Origin: Bifidobacterium longum subsp. longum JCM 1217 | GTDB lineage: Bacteria; Actinomycetota; Actinomycetes; Actinomycetales; Bifidobacteriaceae | Direction: 5' to 3' | NCBI RefSeq assembly: GCF_000196555.1 | Contig: NC_015067.1 | Location: 1,650,001-1,682,000, forward strand | DNA length: 32,000 bases | Shown here: piece after piece, positions 7,851 to 13,275 of the stretch | How positions within the stretch are numbered: position 1 is the stretch's first letter | How the letters are laid out: every line of letters starts with the position of its first letter | The notes under the pieces: model-generated | What the model saw: the letters and a program-made list of their open reading frames with translations, nothing else | Database searches by the model: none | What the model was told of the DNA's origin: nothing | Translations under genes and position numbers: made by a program

Positions 7851-9116
7851 CTATCGCAGCAAAGCGGCGACGGTATTGAGCACGGCGCGGATGCCACGCT
7901 CGAATTCGTCCGGTTCGGGTAGCAGGGAAACGGCCAGGTATCCATTGGAAGTCATGTCGAAGAAGTAGCCGGGCTGTCCGGTCAGTTTGTGCTCGTCAAT
8001 CAACCGCAGCACCAGCTCGTTCTCATCGATGACTGAAGGCACTCGTAGCAGCACGTTCCAGCCGCCTTCGGCCCGTAGCACGCTGACCAGCCCGTTGGGA
8101 TCGGCGTCAAGCAACTCGTGCAACTTGGCCAGGTTATTGCGCACGCGCTCCCCCACCCGTCTGGTCTGTGCGGGCGCGGCGTTCAATAATGCGGGAATCC
8201 GTTCGGCGATGATGTCACTCATCGGCAGATAATCATCGGCGATGACGTCCAGTCGACGCTGTGCCTCGGCAACGTCCTCGGCAGGTCCGGACACCTGAAT
8301 CCACCCGACTTTGGCGTGCGGCGCGGCCAGCATTTTGGAGAATCCGTCTAGGGCGAAGGTGAGCACGCCGCGCTCCCCCGCGAGCCGTGCGTTGCCGGGG
8401 AAAGGTTCGAGAGAGTAATCGAAGAACACTTCATCGGCGATAAGGGCGATGCCATGCTCACGGCACAATGTCACGATACGTGCACGCTCGGTTGGTTTTA
8501 CGTACGAACCGGTCGGATTGTTCGGGTTGATGAGCACCAATGCTCTGATGCGTTCGCCACCGGGCTCGCTGAGCAGCCGCTCGAGTTCGGCGATGTCGAT
8601 GAACCAGGAGCCGTCGAATTGCAACTGGTATTCGACCGTGTCAACGCATTCAAGCCGTGCAATCGACTCAATCAGCGGATAGCCGGGTTTGGGTGCCAGC
8701 ACCGCGTCGCCGGCATCGCAAAGTAACTTAATCAGCCACGAATACGCCTCGGACGTGGAGCTCAGCAAGTACAGGGCGTCCGGGTCAACGCCCTCGATGG
8801 CGGTATTCGCATTGTTGAAAGCGGCATGGCGCTCGTTCCCGCCCTCGCTGGCGGCGGGCGAAGTCGACTGAGGGCTGCTTGCGTCTACCGCCTTTGCCGT
8901 ATTGAGGAATGCGGCCAATGCTTCTCGCGCCGCACGCGGTCCACGCGGGTCGGCCGTATACACGCTCGGCACCAATTCAGGTGCCAGCCCGTGGCGGGTC
9001 GGATTGGAATCGTTGAGTTTGCTGAGTGCGATGCCGTTTGCCTTGGCTGCCGCCTCGGCCGCCGCAATGGGATTCGGCGCAGAAATATCCACACGAGAAG
9101 AGAAATGCACGCTCAT
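7851..9116 (-). CDS. Class I/II PLP-dependent aminotransferase
   Basis: 421 aa. Motifs LVLINPNNPTGSY and DGFSKMLAAPHAKVGW (the PLP-lysine SxSK-type region). Strong RBS GGGAGGG immediately upstream of the ATG at 9116. Confidence 0.9.
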   Translation of the reverse strand: MSVHFSSRVDISAPNPIAAAEAAAKANGIALSKLNDSNPTRHGLAPELVPSVYTADPRGPRAAREALAAFLNTAKAVDASSPQSTSPAASEGGNERHAAFNNANTAIEGVDPDALYLLSSTSEAYSWLIKLLCDAGDAVLAPKPGYPLIESIARLECVDTVEYQLQFDGSWFIDIAELERLLSEPGGERIRALVLINPNNPTGSYVKPTERARIVTLCREHGIALIADEVFFDYSLEPFPGNARLAGERGVLTFALDGFSKMLAAPHAKVGWIQVSGPAEDVAEAQRRLDVIADDYLPMSDIIAERIPALLNAAPAQTRRVGERVRNNLAKLHELLDADPNGLVSVLRAEGGWNVLLRVPSVIDENELVLRLIDEHKLTGQPGYFFDMTSNGYLAVSLLPEPDEFERGIRAVLNTVAALLR

Positions 9117-9154
9117 ACCCTCCCACGATAGAGCGTGGTGCCCCCTGCCCCGCT

Positions 9155-9293
9155 CTCAAACGCGCAACATTCCCGGAAATGCGTCGCTCTGGACCCGAAT
9201 CACACCCTCAAACGCGACACATTCCCGGGAACGCGTCGCCACAGACCTCCATACACACGCCCACTTTGCGCAACATTCCCGGGAACGCGTCGC
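9155..9293. repeat. Three tandem copies of a ~26-33 bp palindromic unit (GCG[C/A][A]ACATTCCCGG[G/A]AA[C/T]GCGTCGC), period 52-54 bp
   Basis: Copies at 9155-9187, 9207-9239 and 9265-9293. The core ATTCCCGGGAA(C/T) is flanked by GCGAC...GTCGC arms. Mismatches become G-U pairs on the minus-strand RNA, which is the transcribed sense for both flanking genes. Confidence 0.85.
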
Positions 9294-9313
9294 ATACCTT
9301 TCCTATGCAATGC

Positions 9314-9342
9314 AAAAGGCCGCCCGACTAGTCGGACGGCCT
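9314..9342 (-). terminator. Rho-independent terminator downstream of ppgK
   Basis: The minus strand reads AGGCCGTCCGAC-TA-GTCGGGCGGCCT followed by TTTGCA. This is a ~10-12 bp GC-rich stem plus a U-run, 45 nt after the ppgK stop. Confidence 0.65.
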
Positions 9343-9386
9343 GAAGCATATTCGCGGGTCAGCGCTGCACACCCACGCTCACTGGC

Positions 9387-10154
9387 TCACTGCTGCTTGG
9401 TGCTGGCATAGTAGGCGGCACCGACGATGCCGGCCTGGTTACGCAGCTTGGCGGGCACGATCGGGGTCTTGATATCCACGTACGGCAGGAACTTTTCGCT
9501 CTGACGGCTCACGCCGCCGCCGACGGTGAACAGGTCCGGGTTGAAGTACTTCTCCATAAGGCCGTAGTACTTGGTCAGACGCTTGGCCCACTTCTTGTAG
9601 CCCAGTTCCTCATTCTCGCGAATCGCGGAGGAGGCATACTTCTCGGCGTCCAGATGCTTGGCGCTCAGGATGATGTGTCCGAGTTCGGTGTTCGGGATGA
9701 GCACGCCGTTGTAAATCAAGGCGGTGCCGATGCCGGTGCCCAGTGTGGTGGCGATGACCAGACCATCCTGGCCCTTGGCGGCACCGAACTGGACTTCGGC
9801 CAGGCCGGCGGCGTCGGCGTCGTTTACCACGACGACCGGGCGGCCGCAGGCTTCGGAGAACACTTCAGTAACGTCCACGCCAATCCAAGACTGGTCAAGG
9901 TTGGCCATGAAGTCGAGCTTCTGGCCGGGCTTGATCGGCGCGGGGAAAGCGATGCCAACGGGTGCGGATTCAGGCACTTCGAAGTGGTCGAGCTGCTGCT
10001 TGACGATTTTGGCCACGGCCTGAGGAGTGGAGACCTCGGGAGTGAGAATCTTCAATCGTGGCTCGGCGAAATCGCCCTTGGTCAGATCGACAGGTGCGGC
10101 CTTGATGCCGGAACCGCCAATGTCAACACCGAAAGCCTGTGCAGTTTCAATCAT
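9387..10154 (-). CDS. ppgK: Polyphosphate glucokinase (ROK family)
   Basis: MIETAQAFGVDIGGSGIKAAPVDLTKGDF... is the typical PpgK N-terminus. The body is ROK-type (GTGIGTALIYNG). I chose the internal ATG at 10154, which has RBS GGAAGG 6 nt upstream. The track ORF extends to 10265, but that extension has no homology-like content. Confidence 0.9.
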   Translation of the reverse strand: MIETAQAFGVDIGGSGIKAAPVDLTKGDFAEPRLKILTPEVSTPQAVAKIVKQQLDHFEVPESAPVGIAFPAPIKPGQKLDFMANLDQSWIGVDVTEVFSEACGRPVVVVNDADAAGLAEVQFGAAKGQDGLVIATTLGTGIGTALIYNGVLIPNTELGHIILSAKHLDAEKYASSAIRENEELGYKKWAKRLTKYYGLMEKYFNPDLFTVGGGVSRQSEKFLPYVDIKTPIVPAKLRNQAGIVGAAYYASTKQQ

Positions 10155-10390
10155 CGTTGACCTTCCTTTCCATACGTTTTCATCAGTTCGTAAGGTTGCG
10201 CCCAGTTTAACGCGAATTACGCTCAACACGAAACCATTACACACCAATTGTGCAAACGTGTGCATCGTCGCCGGTCACTACGTACCCTATTCGTATCGTT
10301 TTTCAAGCCTGACAATGGGCAATGCATGCGATTTCGCATACTAGGAAAAATCGGCGTCTATGGTGGCCTGACTCTGTGTCGCGCGCGATA

Positions 10391-11185
10391 ATGGGAGGTA
10401 TGGCAGAACATACCCAACTTATTGATGCAATTAACATCCGCACCGCCGTACGCGCCTACGATGATGAGCCGATCGACGACGATACGGCCCGCCAGCTCGA
10501 GATGGCGCTTCAGCCGATCAACTTACTCGGCGATCTCAACATTCAGCTGGTGCGCGACCAGCCCAAGGTGTTCGCCGAAGCCAATGCTTCAGGTCATCTG
10601 ACCAATGCGGCGAATTATCTGGCCATCGTCGGCCCCGCGAACGATGAGGAAGCCAAAGAGCGTGCCGGCTTCTATGCCGAACGCATGGTGCTCACGGCCA
10701 CGTTGCGCGGCCTCGGCACCTTATGGGTCGCCGGCTCATGGGACAAGGCGGAGGCGGCCAAGCATTGCCGCGTCACCTCTGGCCAGGAGCTGTATCTCGG
10801 TGTGGTGATCGGGCATCCGAAGAATCATCTGGATTATCAGGCGAAATCCTATGAGGAGCTATGCGAAGCGCAACGCACGCACCGCGCCACCAAGACCTAT
10901 GAGCAGTTCACCGCCACAATGAGCGATGAGGGGCGCGAGGCCGCTCCGGATTGGTTCAAGTCCGGCGTCGAGGCTGCGATGAAGGCGCCGAGCGCGATGA
11001 ACCGTCAGCCAATCACCTTCTCGTATAATCCGGCCGACGATACCGCCGCCGCGCATATCGATCAGAGTGCGGAAGATGAGCATCACGCGTTCAATGACAT
11101 GGGCATCGCCAAGCTGCACTTCCAGATCGGTGCCGGCCAAGGCCAGTGGGCTTGGGGCGACGGTGGCCTGTTCATCCATAAGTAA
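10391..11185 (+). CDS. Nitroreductase-family flavoprotein
   Basis: The N-terminus ...MAEHTQLIDAINIRTAVRAYDDEPIDDDTARQLEMAL is typical of the nitroreductase fold, and the length fits. The start is ambiguous: ATG at 10322, 10391 or 10400. The GGAGG at 10394-10398 is only 1 nt from the 10400 ATG. Confidence 0.8.
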   Translation: MGGMAEHTQLIDAINIRTAVRAYDDEPIDDDTARQLEMALQPINLLGDLNIQLVRDQPKVFAEANASGHLTNAANYLAIVGPANDEEAKERAGFYAERMVLTATLRGLGTLWVAGSWDKAEAAKHCRVTSGQELYLGVVIGHPKNHLDYQAKSYEELCEAQRTHRATKTYEQFTATMSDEGREAAPDWFKSGVEAAMKAPSAMNRQPITFSYNPADDTAAAHIDQSAEDEHHAFNDMGIAKLHFQIGAGQGQWAWGDGGLFIHK

Positions 11186-11188
11186 CCT

Positions 11189-11221
11189 GTAGTGACCCCC
11201 CTCATAGAGGGGAGCCACTAC
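11189..11221. terminator. Hairpin between convergent genes (nitroreductase + / glycosyltransferase -)
   Basis: GTAGTGACCCCCCTC-ATA-GAGGGGAGCCACTAC is an imperfect ~13-15 bp stem with no clear U-tract. It lies 3 nt after the nitroreductase stop and 5 nt after the GT2 stop. The core recurs at 31921-31938. Confidence 0.5.
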
Positions 11222-11226
11222 TACGG

Positions 11227-12240
11227 CTACTTCAGCGACGGCATGAGCTTCCAGGTGGGGTCGTGCATCAGCTTGCGCGAGTCCCACCAGCCCTTGGCAA
11301 TCTGTACCAAACCGGTCTTGAGGTGCTCGCGATCCACCATCACCAGGCGAATGACTTCCTTGGCCGCGGTGAGCACGGTACCCAGTCCAAACACCAGCGG
11401 ACGGAAGTCACCATAGGTCATGAAGTACCGGGCCATGTATCCGCGGTTGCGCATGATGTGATACCGGTTCATGTCGGATGTGGAGTTGAGCTGGCGCACG
11501 CCGGCGATATCCCAATTGCCGATTTCGCGCGTACGGCGCAGGATCACGTCGGGCACCACAATCGGGTTGGTGACCTTGCTGGCGCGGTAGCCATACATCG
11601 TGTCATCCCAGTAGATGAAGAAGCGCGGGTCCGGCAGACCGATTTCCGTAACCACACGGCGGTTGAACAGGCCGCCTTCGAAGCACAGCGTGTCCATCAC
11701 TCGGTATCCGGCCGGGCCGAATGCGGCGGGCGCAATCGGGTTCGGGATGCCCAGCGGCACAATGAAGTCGTACTGCCAGTAGAACGGGCCGCCATCGTAG
11801 TCGAATCGGGAGCCCTGAATCACCTCGTGCTTGTCGGTCCACTTGGACAGCTTGGCAATGGCGTCCGGCAGCACGGCCACATCGTCATCCATCACCCAGA
11901 ACCATGCGGCACCCAGCTCGTAGGCTTTGGCCACGCCGGCGGAGAAACCGCCCGCACCACCCAGGTTCTCGGTCTGCGGCGCATAGACCACACGTTCTTC
12001 GTTACCGGACTGGTCGGCCACGGTGGTGCCCCATTGGCCGGTCACCTTGCCGGCAAACGCAGCGACCATGTCCGCCGTCTGATCGGACTGCTCATTGTCC
12101 ACGATGACAATGCGCCACGGTGCCTGTTCAAGCGCCAGAATCGAATCGAACAGTGTCTCAAGCAACTGCTGACGTTTGTAGGTGGTGACGATCAGGGCAA
12201 GCTTGTCGATGGTGTTGTTGGGTTTCTTCACTTCAGCCAT
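11227..12240 (-). CDS. Family 2 glycosyltransferase (GlfT/WbbL-like, cell-wall polysaccharide type)
   Basis: KLALIVTTYKRQQLL...IVIVDNEQSD...ENLGGAGGFSAGV...WVMDDDV are the GT-A fold motifs, including NLGGAGG and the DDD/DxD motif. Alternative starts at 12249 and 12285. Confidence 0.85.
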   Translation of the reverse strand: MAEVKKPNNTIDKLALIVTTYKRQQLLETLFDSILALEQAPWRIVIVDNEQSDQTADMVAAFAGKVTGQWGTTVADQSGNEERVVYAPQTENLGGAGGFSAGVAKAYELGAAWFWVMDDDVAVLPDAIAKLSKWTDKHEVIQGSRFDYDGGPFYWQYDFIVPLGIPNPIAPAAFGPAGYRVMDTLCFEGGLFNRRVVTEIGLPDPRFFIYWDDTMYGYRASKVTNPIVVPDVILRRTREIGNWDIAGVRQLNSTSDMNRYHIMRNRGYMARYFMTYGDFRPLVFGLGTVLTAAKEVIRLVMVDREHLKTGLVQIAKGWWDSRKLMHDPTWKLMPSLK

Positions 12241-12298
12241 GGCTCCCATTGTTGCACTTGACCGGCACAAGACGAATTTCTGCACAGTGAAACGCGGG

Positions 12299-12327
12299 TT
12301 GCATACGTCCGGCGCATGGCGTATGAA
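12299..12327 (+). promoter_or_regulatory. Candidate sigma-70-type promoter for the ribU leader
   Basis: TTGCAT (12299-12304), a 17-nt spacer, then TATGAA (12322-12327). This would place a start site about 7 nt downstream, where the riboswitch P1 begins. Pattern match only. Confidence 0.3.
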
Positions 12328-12334
12328 TAAGCCT

Positions 12335-12484
12335 GTCAGTTTCAGGGAAGGTGCAATTCCTTACTGGCGGTAACCTGCACCCCGGGTTTCATAACGGGGA
12401 TGGCAGGAAGCCCGCGACCCGCGCAAGCGGCTGATCCGGTGAGATTCCGGAGCCAACGGTATAGTCCGGATGGAAGAAACGAGG
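12335..12484 (+). promoter_or_regulatory. FMN riboswitch (RFN element)
   Basis: The conserved RFN blocks are visible: CAGGGAAGGTGCAATTCCTTACTGGCGGTAA ... GAAGCCCGCGACC ... GATCCGGTGAGATTCCGGAGCCAACGGTATAGTCCGGATGGAAGAAAC. P1 pairs GTTTC (12339-12343) with GAAAC (12476-12480). It sits directly upstream of an ECF S-component gene. Confidence 0.9.
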
Positions 12485-12491
12485 GCTCATT

Positions 12492-13145
12492 ATGAGTGTA
12501 TCTTCGCGTATTCGCATGCAAGTTGTTCGTTCTGTGGCACCCGAGGCCGAGGGTTCGGCCAGCACGTCCACCGCCAGCACCAGCGCCAAACTTGGCTCAC
12601 ACACCACTGGTGTGGCCGATTCTGGCCGCTGGTCCACGCGCCGTATCGCCATGTATGCACTGTTCGTGGCGCTGGCGATGGTCACCAGCTTCATTGAATT
12701 CCCGATTACGCCGGTCACTTGGCTGAAGTACGACCCGTCCGGCATCGTCTGCCTGATTGCCGGCTTTGCGTATGGCCCGGCCGCCGCCGCAATCGTGTCT
12801 GTGCTCGGCTTTGTGCCGCACATGTTCGCCAATCCGTGGGGTTCGCTGATGGCTGTGCTGGTGGCGCTGTTCCTGTCTGTGCCGGCCGCGTTCATCTACC
12901 GTAAGATCCGTACGCGCAAGGGTGCCGCCATCGGCATTCTGGTGGGTGCGGTGCTGGCCATCGTGGTGGCGCTGGTGAGCAACCTGATTGTCACGCCGAT
13001 TTACGCGCACATGACCTACCAAGCTGTGGCCGCGATGATTCTGCCGATTCTGCTGCCGTTCAACGTGGCTAAGATGGCGATTCACGCCGTGATCACCTTC
13101 CTGATCTACAAGCCGATCTCCAACCTGCTGTCCAAGCAGCAGTGA
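12492..13145 (+). CDS. ribU: ECF transporter substrate-specific (S) component, riboflavin type
   Basis: 217 aa. A ~50-aa hydrophilic N-terminus is followed by 6 hydrophobic helices. RibU-like segments are present (LKYDPSGIVCLIAGFAYGP; LLPFNVAKM). It is preceded by an FMN riboswitch and followed by an ECF A-A'-T gene. Confidence 0.85.
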   Translation: MSVSSRIRMQVVRSVAPEAEGSASTSTASTSAKLGSHTTGVADSGRWSTRRIAMYALFVALAMVTSFIEFPITPVTWLKYDPSGIVCLIAGFAYGPAAAAIVSVLGFVPHMFANPWGSLMAVLVALFLSVPAAFIYRKIRTRKGAAIGILVGAVLAIVVALVSNLIVTPIYAHMTYQAVAAMILPILLPFNVAKMAIHAVITFLIYKPISNLLSKQQ

Positions 13146-13212
13146 CTGGCCTGAGACGGGCCGATGCCCGCCACGACTAACGACCACTCAAAGACCACTC
13201 AAAGAACCAGAA

Positions 13213-13248
13213 CGCAGAATCCCGGCACGGGCCGGGATTCTGCGTTTT
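13213..13248 (+). terminator. Rho-independent terminator after ribU
   Basis: CGCAGAATCCCGGC-ACGG-GCCGGGATTCTGCG followed by TTTT. The 14-bp stem is perfect. Confidence 0.75.
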
Positions 13249-13275
13249 CGCCTATCAGTTACGGATTGCTGTTTC

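Noticed and set aside
9155-9293. Possible mini-CRISPR array (repeats of ~26-33 bp with ~20-26 bp spacers)
   Set aside because: There are only three imperfect copies. The units are strongly palindromic. The intervening segments are shorter than the repeats, and two share their own 5' extension. There are no cas genes and no leader. A REP-like or operator repeat fits better.
9026-9344. 101-aa and 69-aa + strand ORFs across the repeat region
   Set aside because: Their repeated peptide segments (IPGNAS / TFPGTRR) only reflect translation of the tandem DNA repeat. They have no start context and lie in an intergenic region between minus-strand genes.
10155-10265. 37-codon N-terminal extension of the ppgK ORF
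   Set aside because: The extension (MHTFAQLVCNGFVLSVIRVKLGATLRTDENVWKGRST) has no PpgK-like content. The internal ATG at 10154 has a strong GGAAGG RBS and gives the canonical N-terminus.
11263-12261. 332-aa ORF on the + strand
   Set aside because: It is antisense to the GT2 glycosyltransferase (clear NLGGAGG/DDD motifs). This is a shadow frame.
12389-12895. 168-aa ORF on the - strand
   Set aside because: It overlaps the FMN riboswitch and the 5' half of ribU in antisense. It has no RBS or motif.
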